Shown here: piece by piece, positions 1 to 9,712 of the stretch | Position numbering within the stretch: position 1 is the first letter of the stretch | How the letters are laid out: each line of letters starts with the position of its first letter | Made by a program: the position numbers and the translations under genes | From: Deltaproteobacteria bacterium | GTDB lineage: Bacteria; JAMCPX01 | DNA: 64,000 bases | Assembly (NCBI GenBank): GCA_023381995.1 | Contig: JAMCVD010000084.1 | Location: 1,010 to 65,009 of the forward strand | Direction: 5' to 3' | The notes under the pieces: model-generated | The model's database searches: none | Seen by the model: the letters and a program-made list of their open reading frames with translations, nothing else | Told to the model about the DNA's origin: nothing

Positions 1-110
1 ACCGCCGGTCCTGCTTGCCGTGGCACACGACCCGCAGCCTATGATAAAGACGGTGCGGTAATCCTTTACGGCATCGAGGACTTCCCGATCGGGCTTTTGG
101 TCCGTAACGA

Positions 111-965
111 TCATCGCCTCGTCTGCCTCTCGGCCGCGACGAGCGTATTGCGCATGAGCATGGCGATGGTCATGGGGCCCACTCCTCCCGGGACGGGCGT
201 TATGAACGATGCCCTCTTCTCGGCCTGTTCGAACTCGACGTCGCCGGTGAGCTTGCCGTTCGGCGACCTGTTTATGCCCACGTCTATGACGACGGCACCC
301 TGCTTGATCCAGTCACCCCTGACGAGGCCGGGCCTGCCAGCGGCGGCGACGAGGATGTCGGCCTGACGTACGATGCCGGGGAGGTCCCTTGTCTTCGTGT
401 GACACAGCGTGACCGTTGCATTTGCGGCGATCAGCATCAGTGCGAGCGGCTTTCCGACGAGATTGCTCCTCCCGACGATGACCGCGTGCGCCCCGGAAAC
501 CGGGACCTCATACCTCTGGAGGAGCGTCATGATGCCGAGGGGCGTGCAGGGATAGAGTGCCTCTTCTCCAATGACAAGCCTTCCCACGTTCGATGGGAGA
601 AGGCCGTCCACGTCCTTCTCTGGATCCACAGCGTTCAGGAGCGACCTCGAGTCGAGCGACCGGGGCAGCGGCATCTGGATGAGTATGCCGTTGTACTGCG
701 CATTGTGGTTCAGCTCGTTTATGAGTATCTCGAGCTCTTTCTGCCCGACGTCCGACGAGAAGCTGAAGGTCCTCGAGTGTATGCCGACATCGTCGCAGGC
801 CTTCTGCTTATTCCTCACGTACGTTACCGACCCTATGTCGTCGCCGACAAGGATCACCGCGAGTCCGGGGATTACACTATACTTTGCCTTGAGCCTCTCT
901 ACCTGCTCTTTGACCTCGAGCTTTATCTGAAGCGCAACGCTTTTACCGTCTATTATCTGTGCCAT
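111..965 (-). CDS. folD: Bifunctional methylenetetrahydrofolate dehydrogenase/cyclohydrolase FolD
   Basis: 284-aa ORF. It has the typical FolD length and the N-terminal MAQIIDGKSVA...LAVILVGDD and GGVGPMT motifs. The TGA stop is at 111-113. Confidence 0.9.
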   Translation of the reverse strand: MAQIIDGKSVALQIKLEVKEQVERLKAKYSVIPGLAVILVGDDIGSVTYVRNKQKACDDVGIHSRTFSFSSDVGQKELEILINELNHNAQYNGILIQMPLPRSLDSRSLLNAVDPEKDVDGLLPSNVGRLVIGEEALYPCTPLGIMTLLQRYEVPVSGAHAVIVGRSNLVGKPLALMLIAANATVTLCHTKTRDLPGIVRQADILVAAAGRPGLVRGDWIKQGAVVIDVGINRSPNGKLTGDVEFEQAEKRASFITPVPGGVGPMTIAMLMRNTLVAAERQTRR

Positions 966-1131
966 TGTGTACCTGCAATTTTTTACGTCCAGGCCGCAAG
1001 CGGGGCCCGGGGCGGGTTGCCATCACGCCCGCACTACTATATCAATGAGAAACGATCTATTGTCAACCAAAAAAGCGGCCGCTGTAACTCCGATGCCGAC
1101 CTCGGACGTCCCTGCCCCTTTCCCGCCGGGC

Positions 1132-2322
1132 CTACAAATTGATATGGACGACCTTTGCGGGGGGCATCCCGTTGAAATTCGTTGAGGAGGCAGTCGTGTA
1201 GGCCCCCATGTTTTCCGCATAGACCAGATCGCCCTCGTCCAGCTCCGGCAGGAAAATCTTCCCCGTGTTGTGAATGTACGTGTTCTCCGAGAGGGTGTCC
1301 AGGCCGTCGCACGTCGGGCCAAACAGCCTGCACTCTCTGGGCTCGCCGTCCTTGATCGATCTTACCTTTATCGGGATGTGATCATAGACCAGCGCAGAAA
1401 AGGTATGGTAGACCCCGTCATCGATATGGTATGAGGGGATGTCCGTGGAACGTTTTGCGAGTATGACGCTCGCGACCTCTGTCCCCGCATTCGCGACCAG
1501 GAACCTTCCCGGCTCCGCGAGCAGGAGCACCTCGTCCTTCGAAAACAGCCTGTCGATCTCCTTGTTTATGATGTCCGCCAGTCCCCCAAAGGACTGTTCA
1601 TCTCCGCTGTACTTTACCGGGAAGCCCCCGCCGATGTCCACGATCTTTATCGGGTAGCCCTTCGTTACCGTCTCCCCTATCGCGTAGCCCTTCGATGCCA
1701 CCTCTTTGAAGATCTCGGAGACGGTCCTCAGCGCCTTTACGAAATTCCTCGGCTTGTTGCACTGGCTCCCGGCGTGAAAGCTTATGCCCTCGACCGTCAG
1801 GCCCTCCCGTATCGTCTTCTCTATCAGGTCCACGGCCTGTTCCGGATCGATCCCGAACTTGTTCGAGAGCTTCACGACGGAGCCCTCATCCGATATCTTT
1901 ATCCTCAGCAGCAGGCCGGCGTCCGGAGAGTGTATCCTTATCTTCCTCATCTCTTCGATGCTGTCGTAGGTCAGCAGCGGCTTGTACAGGTTCAGGACAT
2001 GGAGGGAGTCCGGCTTTTTTACGGGGTTTGCATAGATGATGTTGTTCCAAATGAAGTTCTGCAGTCCCGCGGGCTCGAGGTGCTTTACCAGATCGAAGAT
2101 CAGGTTGAATTCGCTGAGGGAGGCCACGTCAAAGCTCGCTCCGAGCTTCAGGAGCGTCTTTATTATCTCTGGCTCGGAGTTTGCCTTTATCGCGTAGTAT
2201 ATCTGGACCCTCGGAAGCCTCTCCCTGAACTCCTGGTAGTTCTTTCGTATCTGCCCATGGTCCATGATCAGGAGGGGGGTACCGTTCTCGGCGGCCAATC
2301 TTTTAATGGTCTCTCTGTCCAT
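1132..2322 (-). CDS. PLP-dependent ornithine/lysine decarboxylase (alanine-racemase-fold Orn/DAP/Arg decarboxylase family)
   Basis: 396 aa. It carries the YAIKAN and FDVAS motifs of eukaryotic-type ODC-fold decarboxylases. Its start lies 3 nt after the stop of the upstream homospermidine synthase gene, which implies an operon. Confidence 0.7.
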   Translation of the reverse strand: MDRETIKRLAAENGTPLLIMDHGQIRKNYQEFRERLPRVQIYYAIKANSEPEIIKTLLKLGASFDVASLSEFNLIFDLVKHLEPAGLQNFIWNNIIYANPVKKPDSLHVLNLYKPLLTYDSIEEMRKIRIHSPDAGLLLRIKISDEGSVVKLSNKFGIDPEQAVDLIEKTIREGLTVEGISFHAGSQCNKPRNFVKALRTVSEIFKEVASKGYAIGETVTKGYPIKIVDIGGGFPVKYSGDEQSFGGLADIINKEIDRLFSKDEVLLLAEPGRFLVANAGTEVASVILAKRSTDIPSYHIDDGVYHTFSALVYDHIPIKVRSIKDGEPRECRLFGPTCDGLDTLSENTYIHNTGKIFLPELDEGDLVYAENMGAYTTASSTNFNGMPPAKVVHINL

Positions 2323-2325
2323 CGT

Positions 2326-3771
2326 TTACGGTAAAGGCCTGAAACACTCGAACTGCCACGGGTCGCGGTCCACGCTATGCTCCGGGTTCTCTTTGAAGAA
2401 AACGGTCCTGCCTTTCAGCGGGCTCCAGTCGTACGGACTTGAATGCAGCTCTCCGAGGTAAGGCCGTGCTATGTCCAGGATGTAGTCATGGGGTATATCG
2501 TCCGGGAGAAGGATCCCCTTCCTTGGATTCTCGATCATGTACTTTACCGCGGAGACGATCCCGGCCGCCACCTGGAGCGTCGTTGCGTTCTGCCCCGGCG
2601 CAAGCCTCCTCGTCTCTTCGATGCTCAGGATCGAGCCCGTCCACCAGGAATTGTATGGATGTCCCATCAGCAGTGCGCCCAGGATGTCTTTCCCTGCGGT
2701 GATCTCATCGGTCATTATCCTCAATTTGGGCTGCAACTCGTAATTCCTCGCCCGCAGCTCGGCGAGGGAGACTATCGCCTCGTGGCAGGGCATATAGGCG
2801 TAGTGGACCGTGGGCCTGTAGATCGGGAGGCCATCCCCGTCATAGACGGTCAGCCGGTCCGAGATCCCGAACGCCTCCCCGTGTCGTATGATCATGCCCT
2901 CGATCGGCCCGACCTCCGGTACATACGACTTGACTCTCGTGTTCATTCCCATCTGGGCCAGGAATATCTGGTTTTTCGGACCGTAGGGCGCCTCGAATGC
3001 AAGCGGCGGGCGCTTTTTCTCATGGGTACCCCAGCCCATCTCGGCCGGCGCTATCCCTTCCTCTCTGAAGCCCTCTATACTCCATGTGTTGACGAACTCA
3101 TCGACCTCTTTCGGCCTGTTCGTTATCTGGGTGTCCCTCTCGCTGCAGTGGATTACCTTGACCCCGAGGGTGCGTGCCAGGTTCGGGAAATCCTTTCCTT
3201 TCTTGTAGCCCAACAACGCATCGAGCGGCTTTCCCGAAAACTTCCCCTCTTCAATGGCCCGATCCGCGATGTCCAGCAGGCCCTGTTTCGTGAAGTGGGA
3301 GATCAGCCCCGGGTTTGCCCCATGGTCGAGGACCGCGGTCGGCGAGTCCCCGAGCTTTTCCTTGAGTGCCTTTATCTGCATCTGCCTCCAGTAGAGGGTC
3401 TTCTCGAAGATGTCCCTGTTCCTATAGGGGTCCCATACCTCGACGGAGGTGTCCGCGTAGAGCGTATTGTTGTCGTGGCACCATGCCAGCACGTCCATCG
3501 TCTCTATGTTCCATGCCAGATCGACGATCAGTCCGTTCCGTCCCGCGTACCTGTTCAAGACCGATGTCAGGTTCCCGGGCGTTATTTTTTTATTCACGAA
3601 CCGTATCCCCGTATCGGTAAAGGGCTTCAGCTTGGAGGACTTGTCTTCGAAGTCGATGACCGTTATCTTTTCTCTCGGTGCATCGATATGATCGAGGAAG
3701 ATCGGGAGCGTGCATTGCGAGACGGCACCGTACCCTATGATCAAAATATTGTTGCCGAAGCCTGATTTCAT
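2326..3771 (-). CDS. hss: Homospermidine synthase
   Basis: 481 aa. It has the NAD-binding N-terminus IIGYGAVSQ. Segments SERDTQ, FVNTWSIEGF, PAEMGWGT, LSIEETRRLAPGQNATTLQV and C-terminal DPWQF match bacterial homospermidine synthase as I remember it. Confidence 0.75.
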   Translation of the reverse strand: MKSGFGNNILIIGYGAVSQCTLPIFLDHIDAPREKITVIDFEDKSSKLKPFTDTGIRFVNKKITPGNLTSVLNRYAGRNGLIVDLAWNIETMDVLAWCHDNNTLYADTSVEVWDPYRNRDIFEKTLYWRQMQIKALKEKLGDSPTAVLDHGANPGLISHFTKQGLLDIADRAIEEGKFSGKPLDALLGYKKGKDFPNLARTLGVKVIHCSERDTQITNRPKEVDEFVNTWSIEGFREEGIAPAEMGWGTHEKKRPPLAFEAPYGPKNQIFLAQMGMNTRVKSYVPEVGPIEGMIIRHGEAFGISDRLTVYDGDGLPIYRPTVHYAYMPCHEAIVSLAELRARNYELQPKLRIMTDEITAGKDILGALLMGHPYNSWWTGSILSIEETRRLAPGQNATTLQVAAGIVSAVKYMIENPRKGILLPDDIPHDYILDIARPYLGELHSSPYDWSPLKGRTVFFKENPEHSVDRDPWQFECFRPLP

Positions 3772-3895
3772 AAGTCATTTATCTACAAGGAATGCAGAAA
3801 GAGTCAACATTTTTTTGAACGATGACAGCGGGGACGATGCCCGCGCTTGTTTAAAGAGACATAATGCGTTATATCTCGTTGGAATGGAGGTTGCT

Positions 3896-4684
3896 ATGAA
3901 AAGACTTTTTGTGTTCTTCATGATTCTTGCGACGTGGGCAGCGTTACCGGCACGCACCTACGCACGCGAGGTGGCAGACCCGCTCGACACGCACGCGAGG
4001 CTCCTCATGGGCGTCGGCACGGACAACTGGGACAGGTCGTCCAACCTTGCCGGCGTACAGCACGTCGACACGGCGACATTCGCGGGCTATCTGGAGGAGG
4101 ACGCGGAAGGGCTGTACCTTGCATACCACGTAACGCTCCTGGGCGGGGGGCTTGGCTCTGTAAAGTTCAGCGATGGGACGGCGACTTCCAAGACCTTTAT
4201 GACGAACCTCAATATGGACTTTCAGGGCGTCTGCTTCACGACGAAGGGCGTGGCCGTGATGCTCGGTCCCTACATAGGGCTCAGCGCGGTGGGCATGGGC
4301 GGCGCCTCCACCAACCTGACGTCGGTAAGGGGCGACGTCGAGGGCATCATAATCTCTACGCTCGGTGCGTCCCTGAGGGTGCACAGCTTCATAGGTGATC
4401 ACCTCGAGCTTGCCCTTCAGGGCTTCTATGGCTTCTGGACCCCGTACTCCAATCTTACGATCGCATCGGCGAGCAGCGGCCTGCTCGGCGGCACAAGCAC
4501 GATGGCCTACACATTCGACGGCATATCCGACCTCGGGCTGAGCATCCAGGTCGGCATACGGTTCATGCGACAGATCGGCGTCGTTCTCGGCGCAAAGTAT
4601 GAAGACACCACGGTCACGGGCAGCAGCAGGAGCATGGAGATCACGAACCTCAATTCGCTGCTCGCACTGGGACTGTGGTTCTGA
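3896..4684 (+). CDS. Outer-membrane beta-barrel protein with signal peptide
   Basis: The start was moved to the internal ATG at 3896, which follows GGAGG at 3886-3890. The protein begins with signal peptide MKRLFVFFMILATWAALPARTYA, has alternating hydrophobic beta-strand patterns, and ends in a C-terminal aromatic residue (...LALGLWF). The track ORF 3710..4684 carries a spurious N-terminal extension. Confidence 0.5.
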   Translation: MKRLFVFFMILATWAALPARTYAREVADPLDTHARLLMGVGTDNWDRSSNLAGVQHVDTATFAGYLEEDAEGLYLAYHVTLLGGGLGSVKFSDGTATSKTFMTNLNMDFQGVCFTTKGVAVMLGPYIGLSAVGMGGASTNLTSVRGDVEGIIISTLGASLRVHSFIGDHLELALQGFYGFWTPYSNLTIASASSGLLGGTSTMAYTFDGISDLGLSIQVGIRFMRQIGVVLGAKYEDTTVTGSSRSMEITNLNSLLALGLWF

Positions 4685-4693
4685 ACCCGACAG

Positions 4694-6079
4694 ATGAAAG
4701 ACTGGCTGCTCAGGAAATGGTACCTGGTTGTAGTCTCGGCCGACGCCGTGTCCATATCCATCGCATGGTTCTCCGCCTACTGGCTGAGGTGGGTCCTCAC
4801 ACCGCTGTTCGGATACGCAATTAACCCATTCTACATCTACGCAGAATCGTACCCGATGGTTGTCGTTCTGTGGGTCATCGCAAACAGCGTCTTCGGCTCA
4901 TACAGGCCGGGCAAGCTCAGGAAGACCCTCGAAGAGGTCCAGGCCCTCATGCGCGGCGTCCTGCTCGCTGCGCTCGTCGTCATGTCCGTATCGTTCCTCT
5001 TCAAGGAGTACGACTTTGCACGATCGGTCGTCCTGATCTTTATAGGCCTGACCTTCCTGCTCATAGGGGTGTCAAGGCTTATGCTCCTGAGCGTCCAGCA
5101 CAAGTTGGCGAAGCTCGGGTACGGCCACGTCCGGTGCCTCATTATCGGAGCGGGCACAACGGGCATACGGGCGCTCCAGAGGGTGTCGGACCATCCGGAA
5201 AAGGGCTATACCATCGTCGGGTTCCTCGACGACAGTCCCGCAAAGCTGGGTCAGGCCATATCGAAGATACCGGTGCTCGACAAAACGGACAATATACGCG
5301 ACGTGGTGCAGCACTACGAAGTGGACGAGGTCTTCATAGCGATCCCCTCGCTCGCTCACAGCCGCATCATGGAGCTCGTGATGAAATGCGAGGGCCTGCC
5401 CGTGGGGTTCAGGATCGCATCGGACGTCTTCGGGGTTCTGGCGCACAATGCGGACATAGAGTTCATCGAAGACTTTCCCGTGTTCGATCTCAAGGAAGAG
5501 AAGGAGAATTTCACTTATGACGTGGCAAAGAGGCTCATGGACATAGCGATCGCCGGAGTACTCATCGTGCTGTCCATTCCCCTCTGGCTCGTCGTCCCCC
5601 TCGCTATCAAGCTCGACTCAGGGGGAGAGGTGTTCTTTATACACGACCGGATCGGCCTCAACGGCACTCCCTTCAAGATCTACAAGTTCAGGACCATGTA
5701 CAGCGAGACCGCCCCCTATGCCTATTCGCCCGACAGGTCGGTCGACCGCCGCATAACCAGGGTCGGCAGATTCTTACGGCAGACGAGCATGGACGAGCTA
5801 CCGAACCTCCTGAATGTCTTCAAAGGCGACATGAGCATCGTCGGACCCAGGCCGGAGATGCCGTTTATCGTGGAGCAGTACCGGGAGTGGCAGAAGAAGA
5901 GGCTGACCGTCAAGCCCGGCATAACGGGCCTGTGGCAGATACTCGGCAGGAAGGACATCCCGCTGCACGACAACCTGGAGTACGACTTCTACTACATAAA
6001 AAACAGGTCCCTGCTGCTCGATATAATAATCATACTGAGGACCATCCCTGCGATCCTCTCCCGCAGGGGCGCATACTGA
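4694..6079 (+). CDS. Polyprenyl-phosphate glycosyl-1-phosphate transferase (bacterial sugar transferase, WbaP/WcaJ-like priming enzyme)
   Basis: 461 aa. It has N-terminal TM helices and the C-terminal catalytic region RQTSMDELPNLLNVFKGDMSIVGPRPE typical of PF02397. Confidence 0.8.
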   Translation: MKDWLLRKWYLVVVSADAVSISIAWFSAYWLRWVLTPLFGYAINPFYIYAESYPMVVVLWVIANSVFGSYRPGKLRKTLEEVQALMRGVLLAALVVMSVSFLFKEYDFARSVVLIFIGLTFLLIGVSRLMLLSVQHKLAKLGYGHVRCLIIGAGTTGIRALQRVSDHPEKGYTIVGFLDDSPAKLGQAISKIPVLDKTDNIRDVVQHYEVDEVFIAIPSLAHSRIMELVMKCEGLPVGFRIASDVFGVLAHNADIEFIEDFPVFDLKEEKENFTYDVAKRLMDIAIAGVLIVLSIPLWLVVPLAIKLDSGGEVFFIHDRIGLNGTPFKIYKFRTMYSETAPYAYSPDRSVDRRITRVGRFLRQTSMDELPNLLNVFKGDMSIVGPRPEMPFIVEQYREWQKKRLTVKPGITGLWQILGRKDIPLHDNLEYDFYYIKNRSLLLDIIIILRTIPAILSRRGAY

Positions 6080-6109
6080 CGGGAAGGATGCCGTGAAGGG
6101 AGCGTAGGT

Positions 6110-8779
6110 ATGCGTCAGCCGAAAGATGGGCAGGACAGCGAGATAAAGCAAAAGATGGACAGCCTGCTGTCCCCGCTGCTCGGCAGTATAAGCACCGGCA
6201 ACAGGAACACCGTGACGAAGGAATACATCAATATACTGAGGACGGAGCTCAACGCGTACCACAAAGCCGGACTCGGGGGATACGACTTCGCCGTTCTATT
6301 CAGCGATTTCATCGACAAGCTGATAAAGATGCTCAGCGACATATCGGACAGCGGCCCGACCAACGCATGCGCAATAATCGCCATAGGCGGATACGGCAGA
6401 GCGGAGCTGAACGCATACTCCGACATCGACCTGCTCTTCCTCTACAACGATACCCTCTCCGAGGGCTTTCAGAACAATATCCTTTACCCTCTCTGGGACA
6501 CGAAGCTGGAGATAGGTCACAGCTCGAGGACCGTTGAGGAGTGTATCGACGACGCGCTGGATGACCACACCGTCCTGACCTCCCTGATGGACCAGCGATA
6601 CATCGCCGGCAGCCACAGGCTGTACCTAGAACTGTACGGGAGGTTCTATGCCATGGTCAGGGGGGCCGCGCCCAGGCTCTTCCACGAGAGGGAGACGGAG
6701 ATCCTGAGCAGGAGGGAAAAGTACAGCACGTCCGTATACATGCTCGAGCCCAATATAAAGGAGTGTCCGGGCGGCCTGAGGGACGTGCACAATATGCTAT
6801 GGCTCACGAGGCTGTTTTCGGACATCGCCGACATCAGGGAGCTCGGGCATTCGCCGTTCCTGGACACAGAGACCTACGGCAGGTTTATTTCGAACTATAA
6901 CATCCTGATGCGCCTGAGGAACGAGATGCACTTCCTCAGCGGCAGCAAGAACGACAGGCTCACGTTCGAGGTACAGAAGCACCTGTCTTCCTTCTCGGGC
7001 TACGAGAACGAAGAAGACGTCCTCGGCGTGGAGAAGTTCCTCAGCAACTTCTATGAGATCACTCACCAGGTCTTGGAGCTTGCGGACGACTACATCAGGT
7101 GCCTCAGGGACGCGTACATCGCGACGGGCAGTGGCGAAAAGACGGAGGAGATAGCCGGGTACTACAGGATCGGCCACAAGCAGCTCCTGTTGAGGAGCGA
7201 GGGCATGGACGTCTACTCGGTCCACCCGGAAGAGATCGTACGCACTTTCAGGATACTCGCGGACTACGACCTCAGGCCGGCGGTCTCGCTCAAAAATGCC
7301 ATCCGAAGGGAGATGGCCGTGCTGAAGCCCGATGTCCTCCTCACCACGGTGTTCCCGGCATTCCTGGGCCTGTTTGAGGGGGACAAGCTCAGCAAAGCCC
7401 TCTACCTCATGAACGACTGCGGTGTCCTCGGCATGCTGATAGACGAGTTCAAGGGGATAGCGTACAGGGTACAGTACGACATGTACCATATCTACACGGT
7501 CGGCGTACACTCGATAAAGACCGTCGAAGAGATAGAGAAGATACGGGACGGGGACGACAATAAATTCCTGCAGTCCCTCTACCGGCAGGTGAAGAGCAAG
7601 AAGGTACTCATGCTCGCCGCATTCCTGCACGACATAGGGAAGGGACACGGCAAGGACCACGCGAGAAAGGGCGGCGACCTCGCCTACGGCATAGCGGCGA
7701 GGCTCGGCATGCAGCAGCCGGACGCAGATCTCGTGGCCTTCCTCGTGAGGAACCATCTCGTGCTGTCCGACACGGCCCAGCGCAGGGACATAAACGACGA
7801 GAAGCTCGTCTATGAGTTTTCGAAGCTCATCAAGAGGAGGGAGAACCTGAAGATGCTCTACCTCCTCACGGTCGCGGACCTCAGGGCCGTGTCCTCCAGC
7901 GTGTGGACGGAGTGGAAGGGCGGACTCATCAACGAGCTCTATAAGAGGTCCGAGGAGGCGCTCGAACAGGGGCTCGACATGGCGAGGCTTACGACGGAAA
8001 AATATCACAACGCGAAGGAGGAGATAAAGCGGCTGCTCAGGGAGCGCGTGGAGCCGAGCATCATAGAAGAGTTCCTCGACGGCTTCAATGCCAGATACTT
8101 CACTACCTACTCCCCTCAAGAGATAGTCGGGCACTTCGACCTGATGAACAGGTACAAGATGGACGGTACGGTATCCGTGAGCAGGGCCGTGAACCCCCAG
8201 CTCGGCTATACGAAGATCAGCGTCTGCACCACGGACAAACCAGGCATATTCTCCACGATCGCGGGCGTGCTCTCGGCCAACAGCGCCAACATCATGGACG
8301 CAAACATCACCATACGGAAAGACGGCGTGATAGTGGACGTCTTCAGGGTCGAAGACAAGGACACGATGCACCCCTACGCGGACTACAAATTCCAGAGGTT
8401 CGCCGACGAACTAAAGGAGTGCCTGCTGGGAAGGATATCGGTGGAATCCCTGCTCTCCGCGCGGTTCAAGCCCTCCATCCTGAAGGACAAGGTCATCAAC
8501 ACACAACCCACCGAGATCACCGTGAACGAGGACGTCTCGGACATATACACGCTGCTGGAGATCTACACCCAGGACAGACAGAGGCTGCTGTACGACATGA
8601 CCAGTACGATCTCCAGACTCAACCTCAATATCGTCATCGCAAAGATCACCACGAGGGTAGACCAGGTGGCGGACATATTTTACGTGGAGAAGATAGGAGG
8701 CGGGAAGATAGCGAACGCCCAGGACGCACAGACGCTCACAGAGGCACTCAGGTCCGCCATAGAAAAAGAGGCCCACTAA
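6110..8779 (+). CDS. glnD: [Protein-PII] uridylyltransferase/uridylyl-removing enzyme GlnD
   Basis: 889 aa. It has an N-terminal nucleotidyltransferase domain, an HD domain (FLHDIGKGHGKDHARKGG) and two C-terminal ACT-like domains. Confidence 0.85.
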   Translation: MRQPKDGQDSEIKQKMDSLLSPLLGSISTGNRNTVTKEYINILRTELNAYHKAGLGGYDFAVLFSDFIDKLIKMLSDISDSGPTNACAIIAIGGYGRAELNAYSDIDLLFLYNDTLSEGFQNNILYPLWDTKLEIGHSSRTVEECIDDALDDHTVLTSLMDQRYIAGSHRLYLELYGRFYAMVRGAAPRLFHERETEILSRREKYSTSVYMLEPNIKECPGGLRDVHNMLWLTRLFSDIADIRELGHSPFLDTETYGRFISNYNILMRLRNEMHFLSGSKNDRLTFEVQKHLSSFSGYENEEDVLGVEKFLSNFYEITHQVLELADDYIRCLRDAYIATGSGEKTEEIAGYYRIGHKQLLLRSEGMDVYSVHPEEIVRTFRILADYDLRPAVSLKNAIRREMAVLKPDVLLTTVFPAFLGLFEGDKLSKALYLMNDCGVLGMLIDEFKGIAYRVQYDMYHIYTVGVHSIKTVEEIEKIRDGDDNKFLQSLYRQVKSKKVLMLAAFLHDIGKGHGKDHARKGGDLAYGIAARLGMQQPDADLVAFLVRNHLVLSDTAQRRDINDEKLVYEFSKLIKRRENLKMLYLLTVADLRAVSSSVWTEWKGGLINELYKRSEEALEQGLDMARLTTEKYHNAKEEIKRLLRERVEPSIIEEFLDGFNARYFTTYSPQEIVGHFDLMNRYKMDGTVSVSRAVNPQLGYTKISVCTTDKPGIFSTIAGVLSANSANIMDANITIRKDGVIVDVFRVEDKDTMHPYADYKFQRFADELKECLLGRISVESLLSARFKPSILKDKVINTQPTEITVNEDVSDIYTLLEIYTQDRQRLLYDMTSTISRLNLNIVIAKITTRVDQVADIFYVEKIGGGKIANAQDAQTLTEALRSAIEKEAH

Positions 8780-8807
8780 GGGCAGGGGCAAGGACGGCCG
8801 ACCGCAC

Positions 8808-9704
8808 GTGAACATCGATACAGCGATAGACAATTTTATGGACTACATAGCCTCCGAGAAGGGCCTGTCGAGGAACACCGTTCTGTCGTACAGCTCGGAC
8901 CTGAAGATGTTCTCCGACCATCTCGATGGACTGGGGATCACGGACGTGCAGTCAGTGACCGCGGGGCACCTCCGGGGCTTTCTCGGCACGCTGAAAGGCC
9001 GCGGGGCGTCCCTGTCGTCGCTCGTGAGGTACCAGGTCACGGTAAGGAATTTCTTCAGGTTCATGTTGAAGGAGGGCGTGCTGAAAAAGGACCCGGTCCT
9101 CATACTCGAGATGCCGAAGAGGGACCGCAGGCTCCCTCAGGTAATGAGCGAGCAGGAGGTGGAACAACTGCTGGCCGCCCCGTCGGCAATAGAGGACACG
9201 GACCGCCGGATCAGGGACAGCGCCATGCTCGAGCTGCTGTATGCGACGGGCCTGAGGGTATCGGAGCTCGTGGAGATGAAACTGAACTCGCTCGAGATGA
9301 CGGTCGGCTACGTGCGCGTAAAGGGCAAAGGGAGCAAGGAGAGGATCATTCCCATGGGAGACGCCGCAAGAGAGTCGGTAGCCGCATACCTGGGAACGGC
9401 ACGACAGGCCTACCTCACGCACGCCACGGACTATCTGTTCCTGACCCGGCAGGGGAACAGGTTTACGCGGCAGGGCTTCTGGAAGCTCCTGAGGGGCTAT
9501 CTGAAGACGCTCCACATAACACGGCACGTTACGCCGCACACGATGAGGCATTCCTTTGCAACGCACCTGCTGTCGCACGGTGCAGACCTCAGATCGGTGC
9601 AGCTTATGCTCGGTCACTCCGACATATCGACGACCCAGATCTACACCCATATCAACTCCGAGATGCTCAAGCGCATGTACGACAAGTACCACCCCAGGGC
9701 CTGA
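8808..9704 (+). CDS. xerD: Tyrosine recombinase XerD/XerC family
   Basis: 298 aa. Catalytic motifs HTMRHSFATHLL and LGHSDISTTQIYTH are present. The N-terminal SAM-like domain carries LSRNTVLSYSSDL. Confidence 0.8.
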   Translation: MNIDTAIDNFMDYIASEKGLSRNTVLSYSSDLKMFSDHLDGLGITDVQSVTAGHLRGFLGTLKGRGASLSSLVRYQVTVRNFFRFMLKEGVLKKDPVLILEMPKRDRRLPQVMSEQEVEQLLAAPSAIEDTDRRIRDSAMLELLYATGLRVSELVEMKLNSLEMTVGYVRVKGKGSKERIIPMGDAARESVAAYLGTARQAYLTHATDYLFLTRQGNRFTRQGFWKLLRGYLKTLHITRHVTPHTMRHSFATHLLSHGADLRSVQLMLGHSDISTTQIYTHINSEMLKRMYDKYHPRA

Positions 9705-9712
9705 GCCCCCAC

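Noticed and set aside
966-1131. Possible intrinsic terminator (GCGGCCGC + T-run on minus strand) after the decarboxylase gene
   Set aside because: The stem is only a self-complementary 8-mer with no real loop. It is too weak to call.
1132-2322. Alternative identity of the decarboxylase as carboxynorspermidine decarboxylase or diaminopimelate decarboxylase
   Set aside because: The FDVAS/YAIKAN pattern and operon linkage to hss favour ornithine/lysine decarboxylase. This cannot be fully excluded without phylogeny.
2443-3765. 440-aa plus-strand ORF exactly antisense to the homospermidine synthase gene
   Set aside because: It is a shadow ORF typical of high-GC DNA. It has no recognisable domain and a Pro/Arg-rich composition, whereas the opposite strand has a full-length HSS match.
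6797-8371. 524-aa minus-strand ORF antisense to glnD
   Set aside because: It is a high-GC shadow ORF. glnD on the plus strand has clear NTase/HD/ACT domains.
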